Below, piece after piece: positions 1 through 9,600 of a stretch of 64,000 bases of DNA. The position numbers and the translations under genes were made by a program. A model generated the notes under the pieces. The model searched no databases and was not told the DNA's origin. It worked only from the letters and a program-made list of their open reading frames with translations. The stretch lies in NCBI GenBank assembly GCA_965213675.1, contig OZ243916.1, positions 32,001 to 96,000 of the forward strand, in the 5' to 3' direction. This stretch comes from an uncultured Candidatus Binatia bacterium (GTDB lineage: Bacteria; Desulfobacterota; Binatia; UBA9968; JAJDTQ01). Each line of letters starts with the position of its first letter. The stretch's first letter is position 1.

Positions 1-2
1 AG

Positions 3-167
3 GACTTGGTCCGGAGCCTCTTCGAGTCCCGCGTGAAGCGCATGATCGCGAAGAACCTGTGGCCCAAGGACCAGCCTCTCCCCGACGTGGAGAAGTTCGT
101 CGCCCGCGACCTGCTTTCCGAGACACTTCGGGAACGGGGCTACTACCTTCAGGCGAAACCGCTCTAG
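3..167 (+). CDS. 3' end of a CDS truncated by the window edge (possibly a solute-binding protein)
   Basis: Open frame DLVRSLFESRVKRMIAKNLWPKDQPLPDVEKFVARDLLSETLRERGYYLQAKPL ending TAG at 165-167, with host-like codon usage; the product is a guess. Confidence 0.6.
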   Translation, partial: DLVRSLFESRVKRMIAKNLWPKDQPLPDVEKFVARDLLSETLRERGYYLQAKPL

Positions 168-325
168 GAGTCTGCGCCGCAGGGATTCGCGAAAGCGAAA
201 ATTCGCTATCGCCGTCCCTTCGGCCGGTCGATTGAGGAGAATATCCGGTCATACTTGACGAGATCGAGCGGCCGAAGGGACGGATGAGAGCGGATTTACG
301 GCCTGAAGTCCAGCGGCGCAGGCTC
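168..325. mobile_element. MITE family B, copy 1 (158 bp)
   Basis: Imperfect terminal inverted repeats gagtctgcgccg...cggcgcaggctc, flanks ctag/ctgg, internal hairpin cgtcccttcggccg...cggccgaagggacg; homologous to the reverse complement of 13964-14137. Confidence 0.75.
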
Positions 326-707
326 CTGGTTCCGCCCTTCTGCGCAACCCTCCCCGGGGCACGCGGGGCCTGGAAAGCGCAGTTCTCCCAAGGGGAACTC
401 CAGCGAGCTCTGCAGCGGCGAGTACCACATGGCTGCCCGGGTTGCCCGGTGCAGTTGCAGGTGGATCTTCACCGTCCGCCCATGGGCGGCGATGGGATCC
501 CGTGGGATGCGCGCATCGACGTGTGACGGCGGGGGCCTTTGTCTGCCGCCCATTCAATGAAACGAAAGCGTTCGGTCACGCGGTGATGGAGGGAACGATG
601 GCGCCGAGCGAAGGCCGGTACGACCCGGCAGAACGCGGAGTTGCCATCGTCTTCTTCATCAGGGGCACCCCTTGACCGAACGCTTGCAACGAAACAAGGA
701 GACTGCC

Positions 708-1478
708 GTGAGTGACGACACCAAGATCGTAACCGGGTTGGGCAAGGCCGAGCTGCACCGCGTCCTGGTCCGCAACATCGACCTGACCCAGGACATCCTG
801 GGCAAGCTGAGCTTCGGTCAGATGGCCTTCCTGATGCTCGTGGGGCGCATTCCCAGCGAGGACGAAGGGCGCATGACCGACGCCATGCTGAATGTGCTCG
901 TGGAGCACGGCATGGTGGGCAACGTGGTGGCGGCGCGCCTGACCGTGTCCACCGCGCCGGAGGCCATCCAGGGCGCCGTGGCCGCGGCCCTGCTGGGCGC
1001 CGGCAGCGTGCATCTCGGCTCGTCCGAGTACTGCGCCAGGATGCTGCAGGACGCGCTGCCTCTGGACAGCGGCGACACCGATGTGGCCGCGCTGGCCCAG
1101 TCCGTGGTGGAAGACCACGCCAACCGCAAGCAGCGGCTTGCCGGCATCGGCCACGGCACCCACTCCGAAGGCGACCCTCGGGCCAACAAACTGTACGAGA
1201 TCGCCGCGGAGACCGGTGTGCGCGGGCGCTACTGCGAGCTCCTGGAAGAGATCAAGAAGGCCGCGGAAGCACGCCACAAGCGGGGCCTGCCCATCAACGT
1301 CACCGGCGCCATCGCCGCCATCGCCTCGGACATGGGCCTCCAGTGGCAGATGGCCAAGGCCTTCGCCCTCATCGGCCGCACCTTGGGCGCCATGGCCCAC
1401 ATCGGCGAGGAGCTGCGCAACCCCATGCACCGGCGCATCAGCAATCTGATCCGCTCCAACCTGTCCTACGAGCCGTAG
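708..1478 (+). CDS. citryl-CoA lyase / citrate synthase-like protein
   Basis: Motifs EHG, GSVHLG, GIGH, DPRA, PINVTGAIAA, HIGEE; GTG start at 708 behind AAGGAG. Confidence 0.85.
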   Translation: MSDDTKIVTGLGKAELHRVLVRNIDLTQDILGKLSFGQMAFLMLVGRIPSEDEGRMTDAMLNVLVEHGMVGNVVAARLTVSTAPEAIQGAVAAALLGAGSVHLGSSEYCARMLQDALPLDSGDTDVAALAQSVVEDHANRKQRLAGIGHGTHSEGDPRANKLYEIAAETGVRGRYCELLEEIKKAAEARHKRGLPINVTGAIAAIASDMGLQWQMAKAFALIGRTLGAMAHIGEELRNPMHRRISNLIRSNLSYEP

Positions 1479-1487
1479 TGCCGGCGT

Positions 1488-1521
1488 AAGCAGTACCGTA
1501 TGCTGCCGTACGGTACTGCTT
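1488..1521 (+). terminator. hairpin, probable intrinsic terminator
   Basis: Perfect 13-bp stem aagcagtaccgta/tacggtactgctt 10 nt after the stop; short U tract. Confidence 0.6.
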
Positions 1522-1527
1522 TCCCCT

Positions 1528-1692
1528 CTAGTGTGGTGTCTGGTTAATACGCGACATAATCTGCGGGTCTTTTTCGCCGTCGGCTGCGTTGCTCTTCCTC
1601 GCGTGGTAACCGCCACTGCTCGTCATCGCGCCTTGCCGACGACAAAAAATCCTCCGCAGATTATGACGCGAATTAACCAGACACCACACTAG
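1528..1692. mobile_element. MITE family A, copy 1 (165 bp including flanking CTAG)
   Basis: ctag-tgtggtgtctggttaat...attaaccagacaccaca-ctag; long terminal inverted repeats, near-identical copy at 20260-20424. Confidence 0.9.
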
Positions 1693-1744
1693 CAGTCCCG
1701 CGACAGGCGCTGTGCCCAAACTCGCCATGTGATGACGTAATGAA

Positions 1745-1775
1745 ACCGTCATTCCCGCGAAAGCGGGAATCCAGG
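1745..1775. repeat. REP/dRS3-like palindrome (gtcattcccgcgaaagcgggaatcca)
   Basis: ATTCCC-N8-GGGAAT palindrome; related copy in opposite orientation at ~28010-28036. Confidence 0.65.
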
Positions 1776-1822
1776 GGTGGGGAGAGGCCGCATGGATGGT
1801 GGAATCGGAGTGCGATACCGCG

Positions 1823-4342
1823 TCACTCCAGCGCCCCGTCCTCCCGGAGCTGCCGGATGCGCGCGTCGTCGTAGCCCAGCACGTCGCGCAGAGTGCGGTG
1901 GGTGTCGCGGCCGAGTTCCGGGAAGACCCAGTCCTGGGCCATGTCGCTCCGGGCGAAGCGGATGGGGAGACAGGGGAGGATGAGGCGGCCGAAGCGCGGG
2001 TTGTCGTGGGCGCCCAGAAAACCGCGGGCCTGGAGGTGCGGGTCGTTCTCCACCAGGTCTGCGCCGGTCTGGACCGCGCCGCAGGGGACCGCCTGCGCCT
2101 GCAGCGACCGCATGACCTCATGGCAGTCCCGCGTCCGGGTCCATTCTTCGATGATCGCATCCAACTCGACACGGTGACGCACCCGCGCCGCGGGTTCCTG
2201 GAATCTCGGGTCACCGGCCAGTTCCGGCCGCCCGATGGCCGCGGCCAGCCTGCGCCATTGCGCGTTGTCCTCGGTGGCGATGACGCACCAGCGGTCATCG
2301 CCCGCGCAGGCGTAGATGCCCCAGGGCGCGTGATACGGTGAACGGTTACCCACGGCCACGGGTTCGGTGTCGGTGTTGGCGGCCTGGATCATGGCCGTGC
2401 CGATGAGGAACGCGGCCGCCTCGGCCTGGGCCATGTCCATGGCCATTCCACGGCCGGTGCGCCGGCGGTAGAGGGTGACTGCCACCGACAGAATCGCCGC
2501 CATGACCCCCGATACGTAGTCAGGCAGCACGGTGCCCGCGCCCACCGGTGGGTCCACGTCCGCGGACTCGTTCCACAGCCAGGTAAAGCCCGTGAAGCCG
2601 GTGATGATGGTGCCCAGGGTCAGTGAGTCCTTCTTGGGGCCGGTGGCGCCGAGCCCGGGCATGCGCAAGGTGACGATGTCGGGCTTGTGCTCCACCAGGT
2701 GCTCGTAGTCGAGCCCCAGGCCCGGCATCACCCGCGCCGCGAAGTTGTCCAGCACCAGGTCGCAGTGCTGCGCCAGCTCCCGAATCAGGCCGGGGCCTTC
2801 GGGATGCTTGAGGTTCACGGTGACGGAGCGCTTGTTGCGGTTGAATTCGAGGAAACGGGGCGAGGCGTTGGGATCGTCGCCCGTGCCGAAGAAGCGGAAA
2901 GGGTCGAGCCCGCCCTTGGCGGATTCCACCTTGAGCACCTCCGCGCCCAGATCCGCCAGCAGCATCATGCCGAAGGGACCCGCGAGCACGTGGTCGAAGC
3001 TCAGCACGCGCAGGCCCTCCAGCGGCAGCCCTCGGGCATCGGCGTCCGCAGCGCCGCCGGAGGCGGTCGCCACGGTCCTGCCATCGGCGGCCCCGCCCGC
3101 CGCGTCGTCATCCGCCGCGGTTGCGCTGCCCGCCGCCGGAGCCGCGTCCGCGTTGGCATCGGCCGTGTCCGTACCGCCGGCGTCCATGGCCGCGTTTCCA
3201 GTGCCGGTGGTCGCGCCCCGGCCTGCCGGCGCCGGCGCCTCGACGCGCGGCCGGGCGCCGTTGAACAGGCAGGGCAGCGCCGGCTGGATCAGCGCGTTGC
3301 CGTCCGGATAGGCCACCTCCTGGACGAAGCGGCGCCCTTCCACGTGGGGGTCGCGCAGGAAGCCCAGCGGCCGGTTCACCGGCAGGCACGGGATGCGGTT
3401 GGACTGGAGCAGGCGCGTCAACGCGTCCATGGAATGCCGCCGGGTGAACGCGCTCACCGCGGGATTGATGATGTCCGCCCGCGCCCGCCGGTACAGGTTG
3501 TTGAGGTATTCCGGCGCGTCGAAGTCCTCGGGATGGTCGGTCCAGATGTCGAGGAACCTCTGCCAGTGCTGCCGGCTGACGTAGATGTAGACGTGGCCGT
3601 CGCGGCACGGAAAGATCCGCGCCGGCGCCACGTGCTGGTGCTGGCTGCCGGCCCGGTGATGGATTTCGCCTTCGTTGGCGTAGAGCCGGATCATGTGCTC
3701 CTGCGTGGCCAGCGCTTCCTGCATGGACACGTCGATCCAGTCTCCGGCGCCGGTGCGCTCGCGGCGATGGAGCGCCGCCACGATGCCCAGCGCGGCCATG
3801 AGACTGCCGAAGTAGCAGGCCTGGGTCTCGGGCGGCGCGCACGGCGTACCGTCCGGGTCCCCGGAGATGGACATGAGTCCACACATGGCGAACACCACGA
3901 GATCGTTGCAGGCGAAGCCGCTGTGGGGACCCCACTGGCCGAAGCCGGTGATGGAGGCCATGATGAGCCCCGGGTTCAGGGCGCTTAGACGGTCGTAGTC
4001 CAGCTCCATCCCGGCCATCCATCCGGGTGCGCCGCTCTCGATGAGGATGTCCGTGTCCGCCGCCAGCGCCCGCAGCCGCTCCCGGCCCTCGGGCGTTCCG
4101 AGGTCCAGTTCCAGGGTGCGCTTGTTGGCGTTGAGATGGGCGAAGACGAGGCTGGTGTCGCCGGCAAACGGCGGCAGCCGCCGCACCGGGTCGCCGCCGG
4201 GCGGCTCGATCTTGAGGACCTCCACGCCCAGGTCGGCGAGGAAACGCCCGCACATCTGGCCCTTGCGGTCCGTGAGGTCCAGCGCTTGGTATCCCTCCAG
4301 CAGCCGAGGCGCAGCGCCCTGTTGCGAGTCGTCCTTGGCCAT
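1823..4342 (-). CDS. class III CoA-transferase (CaiB/BaiF), two fused domains
   Basis: Two copies of LADLG(V/A)EVLK(I/V)E and N(A/R)NKR motifs joined by an Ala/Asp/Gly-rich linker; start taken at MAKDD. Confidence 0.92.
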   Translation of the reverse strand: MAKDDSQQGAAPRLLEGYQALDLTDRKGQMCGRFLADLGVEVLKIEPPGGDPVRRLPPFAGDTSLVFAHLNANKRTLELDLGTPEGRERLRALAADTDILIESGAPGWMAGMELDYDRLSALNPGLIMASITGFGQWGPHSGFACNDLVVFAMCGLMSISGDPDGTPCAPPETQACYFGSLMAALGIVAALHRRERTGAGDWIDVSMQEALATQEHMIRLYANEGEIHHRAGSQHQHVAPARIFPCRDGHVYIYVSRQHWQRFLDIWTDHPEDFDAPEYLNNLYRRARADIINPAVSAFTRRHSMDALTRLLQSNRIPCLPVNRPLGFLRDPHVEGRRFVQEVAYPDGNALIQPALPCLFNGARPRVEAPAPAGRGATTGTGNAAMDAGGTDTADANADAAPAAGSATAADDDAAGGAADGRTVATASGGAADADARGLPLEGLRVLSFDHVLAGPFGMMLLADLGAEVLKVESAKGGLDPFRFFGTGDDPNASPRFLEFNRNKRSVTVNLKHPEGPGLIRELAQHCDLVLDNFAARVMPGLGLDYEHLVEHKPDIVTLRMPGLGATGPKKDSLTLGTIITGFTGFTWLWNESADVDPPVGAGTVLPDYVSGVMAAILSVAVTLYRRRTGRGMAMDMAQAEAAAFLIGTAMIQAANTDTEPVAVGNRSPYHAPWGIYACAGDDRWCVIATEDNAQWRRLAAAIGRPELAGDPRFQEPAARVRHRVELDAIIEEWTRTRDCHEVMRSLQAQAVPCGAVQTGADLVENDPHLQARGFLGAHDNPRFGRLILPCLPIRFARSDMAQDWVFPELGRDTHRTLRDVLGYDDARIRQLREDGALE

Positions 4343-4435
4343 GTCCGCTCTCCGTCTCTGCTGTCGTGTCTCGCCTGTTCCCCCGACGAGTTGCGCGGGA
4401 GCCTTCGCCGCCGGCACGACGTTGCCATTACGAAT

Positions 4436-5254
4436 TTACGATTTCTTCGCGTCCGGCTTCTCGTAGGCCACGTTGCCGCCGCCCTTCTGGGACTGCAGGT
4501 AGCCCTCCACGTCGTTCAGCGGGTTGGTGTACACGCGCATGCGGTGGGAGATGATCTCGTCCACCAGCAGGCCGCGGCTGTTGTCGAGGTCCATGGCCGT
4601 GTAGGCGGCGATCTTGGCGTGCTCCAGTGTTGCCGGGTGGCGCGTGGCGATGGTGTCGGCGAACTCCCGCACGAACGGTATCAGCTCCCGCTCGGGCACC
4701 ACCCTGGATACGAGTCCCAGGCGCTCGGCTGCGGCTCCGTCGAGGTTCTCGCCGGTGAGTTGGATGTAGAACGCCTTCTTGAAGGGGATGCCGCTGCGGA
4801 AGAGCGTGGGCGTGGCGGTGGCGCCGTAGCTCCCGCGGATGATCTCGGGCATGCCGAACTGCGCGGTATCCGCGCTGATGGCCAGGTCGTGGCCGTTCAC
4901 CAGCACGAGCCCGCCGCCCAGCGCCCAGCCGTTGACCGCGGCCACGGTGACCTGGGGCGCCTGGCGCAGCAGCGTGACGATCTCCCGCGCCGAGCCGCCT
5001 TCGTAGAGACGGCGCCTGCCCTGCCACGACGACCGCAGGTCGTAAAGGTCCAGTCCGGAGCTGTAGGCGTTGCCCGCCCCGGTGGTGACGATGCAGCGGA
5101 TGTTTTCGTTCATCGCCAGGGTCTTGAGGCTGTCCGCCAGTTCCGCCAGGAGTTTGCGGCTGAGCGCGTTCTTCCGTTCCGGCCGGTTGAGAGTGATCCA
5201 GGCCACGCCTGTTTCCTCATGGATGTCCTCGATGATGGTTTCCCTTTCAGCCAC
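4436..5254 (-). CDS. enoyl-CoA hydratase/isomerase (crotonase) family
   Basis: ITLNRPERKNALS, SSGLDL, AVNGWALGGG, FGMPE. Confidence 0.92.
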   Translation of the reverse strand: MAERETIIEDIHEETGVAWITLNRPERKNALSRKLLAELADSLKTLAMNENIRCIVTTGAGNAYSSGLDLYDLRSSWQGRRRLYEGGSAREIVTLLRQAPQVTVAAVNGWALGGGLVLVNGHDLAISADTAQFGMPEIIRGSYGATATPTLFRSGIPFKKAFYIQLTGENLDGAAAERLGLVSRVVPERELIPFVREFADTIATRHPATLEHAKIAAYTAMDLDNSRGLLVDEIISHRMRVYTNPLNDVEGYLQSQKGGGNVAYEKPDAKKS

Positions 5255-5272
5255 GTGTCTCCTCCCATCTGT

Positions 5273-6298
5273 TCAACGGGCGCCGAAGCGTTCCTTCCAG
5301 GCGTCCACGCACTCCGGGTTCACCACGGTCTCGGGCACTTCCCCCGCCAGCACCGTGAGAATGCTCTCGGCGGCCATGCGTTCGCCGGATACTTGGGACT
5401 GCGGGTTGGTGCCGATGATGTGCGGCGTCATGATCAGCCGTTCGGGGTCCACCTGACGCAGGGGGTCGGACATGGGCAGCGGTTCTTCCTCGAACACGTC
5501 CACCGCCGCGCCGGCGATGACGCCATCGTCCAACGCCAGCGTCAGGTCAGCTTGCTGAACCACGCCGCCGCGGCAGGTGTTCACCAGATAGGCGGTGGGC
5601 TTCATCTTCTTCAATTCGGTCAGGGTGATGAGCCCGCGCGTCTCCTGGGTGAGGGGCGTGTGCAGGGTCACGAGATCGGACTCCCGCAGCACCGTGTCCA
5701 GCGACACCAACTCCACCCCCAGGTGCTGCACCGACTCCTGGGTGATGTAGGGGTCGCAGCCGATAAGCCGCATCTCCCAGGGGCCGAGGCGCTTGGCGAC
5801 CTCCTTGCCCACCCGTCCCACGCCGACGATGCCGACGGTGCGCCCCACCATGAGGTGGCCCCGGTGCTCGTTGCGCTTCCAGCCGCCCTCGCGCAGCAGC
5901 GTCTGGTTGTGCACCAGGCGCTTGAACAGCATGGACATGAGCCCCACCGTGGCCTCGGCCACGCCCGTGAAATTCTCCCGCGCCGGGCTGTTGCATACCA
6001 GGATGCCCAACTCGGTGGCCGCGTCCACGTCGATGGTCTCGTAGCCGATGGCGGCCTTGATGACGGCGCGCAGCTTCGGGCTCCGGGCCAGCACCGTCCC
6101 GCTGATGACATCCCGCTGGGCCGCCCAGATGGCGTCGCAATCGCCGATCAACGCTACCAACTCGTCCTCGCTGTAGCGATGCTTGGGGAACTCGTCCTGG
6201 TCCTTCCCCAGCACCAGTTCGCAGCCGCTCTGCTCCAGCACGTCCCGTCCCACCGAGAGCTTGTGCGGCGCCGGGATGCATACCTTGTTGCCTTGCAT
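5273..6298 (-). CDS. D-2-hydroxyacid dehydrogenase (phosphoglycerate dehydrogenase-like)
   Basis: GIVGVGRVG, LHTPLTQET, NTCRG, DVFEEEP, TPHI; start taken at MQGNK. Confidence 0.92.
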   Translation of the reverse strand: MQGNKVCIPAPHKLSVGRDVLEQSGCELVLGKDQDEFPKHRYSEDELVALIGDCDAIWAAQRDVISGTVLARSPKLRAVIKAAIGYETIDVDAATELGILVCNSPARENFTGVAEATVGLMSMLFKRLVHNQTLLREGGWKRNEHRGHLMVGRTVGIVGVGRVGKEVAKRLGPWEMRLIGCDPYITQESVQHLGVELVSLDTVLRESDLVTLHTPLTQETRGLITLTELKKMKPTAYLVNTCRGGVVQQADLTLALDDGVIAGAAVDVFEEEPLPMSDPLRQVDPERLIMTPHIIGTNPQSQVSGERMAAESILTVLAGEVPETVVNPECVDAWKERFGAR

Positions 6299-6693
6299 GA
6301 TGACTCCTGAATCCTGGGTGTCCTGTGGATGGGCATTCCGGTCAGCCCATGGACGCGTTCCGCCTGGCTGCCGGGCGCCGGATGCTCCGTCGTAAACCAC
6401 CTCGCCGGCAACAGCTTGCCCCTGATCGGGATCAAGGGCAAGCCATCGCGGGTAGTACGTTCACCGCCGGATCGCGTGAACCGTCGCAACTCGCAGCGGC
6501 ACGGACGCCAGCGTTTTTTGAATCTGGGAGCCAAGAACGGCCTGCGGTACAGCCAATATTTATTGACCGAATTAATGTGAACTGTTATTAATGAACTGAT
6601 TACCTTATATGCCAACTCAACTATGGCAACTCAGTTGTCGCAACTCAAAGCGTCGCCGGTAGAAAGGCGCGAAAACAAGGAAATGACCCGACC

Positions 6694-9600
6694 ATGAAAA
6701 AGAGCGACCGCGACAATGATTTCGTTGGCCTGGACGAGCGACGTGCGTCCCTGTGGCGAGGCCTGAGCCGCGGTGGGGGCCCTGCCATCCTCCGGTTGCG
6801 GCGCGCGCTGCTGCGGGTGTGGCTGTGTCTACCGTTGCTCTCCTTCCTGACGGGCCAGGTCATGGCGCAGACCACCCCCGACATTTCCATTTCGAGCGGT
6901 GTGACAGCCATTGCAGAAGGCTCAGGGGGTGTCGAGATCTTGGCGCAGTCCTCCGAGGAACTGAGTGTCGACCTCACGGTGAACTACACGATTGGCGGCA
7001 CGGCCACGCCCGGCACGGACTACACGATCGGCCAATGGACGGATTACTCCGTCAAGACTGGCACCTTCACCATGCCATCGGGGACGGAAGCCCTTGTCGA
7101 GTTTTCCGCTTTTTCCATGGCTCCCCTTTCGGACAATATCGAGGACCCCAGCGAGACCATTGTCGTGACGCTTGCTAGCGGTAGCGGCTATGGCCTCGGG
7201 TCCGCCAACACGCTCACCATCGCGGTGGTTGAAGACACCGGCCATGCGGAATTCGAACTGAGGGGCATCCCCCAGGTGGGCCGGACCCTGACCCTTGAGC
7301 GGACCGTGGACGACCCGGATGGCAATGGCACGATCGTCAATCGTACTTGGCGAAGAAACGAAAAAGGCGAAACTGGCGGGATAACGTCCCGCATCGATAT
7401 CAATGGAGTGCCGCACACGAGCCCACAGTATGTCGTCTCGGAGGACGACCTCGGCCGGGAATTGCACGCGCTGCTTAGCTACATCGACGGCCTGGGTGTG
7501 AAATTAGTCCGTTATACGCCCGCGGTGGGCCCGGTTGTTGCGGCTCCCGCGCATTTCGTATCCGTGAGTGTGGAGGACGATGCTTCGGAGGGTGATACGG
7601 GGACTCAAGACCAGCTGATCACGATGGCGGTTTCGCCGCCGGTGACTGACGGGTTTAGAATTGATCTTTGTCTTTCAGGCGATGCTACCCATTGGGACGA
7701 CTACAGGATTTTTGACGGTTTTGGAGTCTCGGCGGGATTTCACGAGGGCTGCTATACGGGAGGGTTGCTCATCAGCGGCAGCGGCGTGCCTGCTGGCGGT
7801 CAGTTCAGTATCCGGGTGATTGGGGACCGCGAAGTGGAGAGCGACGAGACGGTGACCCTGACGCTGAAGCGCCGCGGCGATACGCCTCTGGAGGTGGACG
7901 TATCGTCCACGAACGGGGCGGCGACCTACACGATCCTGAACGACGACACGGAGGGGGTGGTCATCAGCGAGACGGGGGCATCGACGGCGGTGGTGGAAGG
8001 GGGCTCGGGGGACCGCTATGGCGTGGCGCTGAACGCGGAGCCCACGCACAACGTGACGGTCACGGTGAGCGCGGGCAGCGGGGTGACGGTGAACAGCGGG
8101 GGCGGGACGCAGACGCTCACGTTCACGCCTTCGAACTGGAAGACGGCGCAGACCATCACGGTGGCGGCAGCGGCGGACAGCACGGACGATCCGGGATCGT
8201 CGCGGTCGGCCACGATCACTCACAGTTCGTCGTCGGGCGACAGCCGGTTCAACAACCTGACGATCGAAAGCGTGAGCGTGGACATCCGGGACGACGATGC
8301 GACGACGGTGACGCTTGCCGGGGGCGGCAGGGTAAAGGAGGACGGGTCGGACTCGGCGGAGGTCATGGTGACCTTGTCGCGCAACCTGGTGGCAGGGGAG
8401 ACAGTGACGGCGCCGTTGTCGGTATCGGGCACGGGGATCACGGGGTCGGATTACAGTCTGGCGCTCAAGACGGGAAACAGCCTCAACCGGGGGGTGGCGC
8501 TGAACACGGCCGATCCGTACAGCGCGGAGGCGCCCGCGGTGGTGTTTACGGGTCATGGCACGAACACGGTGAAGGTAGCGACACTGGTGGTGGAAGGGGC
8601 GCAGGATACGAGCAGGGAGGATGCAATTGAGACGCTGACGGTGGGCTTCGGGACTGTGACGAGCACTCTCGACCGGGAGTCGGGCGCCGGGACCGGGGGC
8701 ACCACGACCGCGGGCACGGCGCGGGTGGAGATAGCGGATGACGACGGCGTCACAGTGACCTTGTCGAGCAGCGCCTATGAAGTTCCCGAAGGCGATGCGC
8801 TGACGTTCGAGGTGACGCTGTCCGAAGCGCAGACGTCGGACAAGCAGTTCCATGTCGGGACGACAACGCTTACCGCGGCGGGCAACGGCGTGGATTACGA
8901 CAGCGTCACTCGAACGGTCACGATCGCGGCCAACGAGACCAGCGGGACAGGGACGCTACAAACCACGCAGGACAGCGCGAAGGAAAGCGACGAAACGTTC
9001 CGGATCGACATCGTCGGTTCCGCGTTGCCTGCCGGCATGAACCTGGGCACGCCGGGTACGGCGACCGTGACGATCATCGACGACGATAGAACGCAGATCG
9101 GCGTCGCCGGGGGCGCGGCGGTCACCGAAGGCGGCACCGCGGAATTCACTCTGACTGCGAGCCCGGCGCCGCCGGCGGCGCGGACGGTGAACGTGACCGT
9201 GGCGGACAGCGGGGCCTTTGCGGCCTCGGGGCAGACCGGCAGTCGGACGGTGACGATGGGCGCCGACGGCACGGCCACGCTGAGTGTCGCAACGGAAGAT
9301 GATGAGACCATTGAAGCCGACGGCCAACTGACGGTGACGGTGAAGACCGGCACGGGCTACACGCCATCTTCCAGCCAGGCCACGGCCACGGTCACGGTCC
9401 AGGACGACGACACTCCGCCGACACCCGTGGTCCAGTTCGCGTCAAGTGTGTCGAGCGCAGGCGAGGGCGCGGGTACGCGCAACGTGGTGGTGAGCCTGAG
9501 TCCGGCGCCGCAATCCGCGATCACGCTTCGCTATACGGTGGGCGGCACGGCGATATCGGGCAGCGACTACGGGGCACTGCCCCGGACGGTGTCGGTGCAA

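Noticed and set aside
296-660. Short ORFs between MITE B and the citryl-CoA lyase-like gene
   Set aside because: No motif, RBS or consistent frame; at most a decayed fragment
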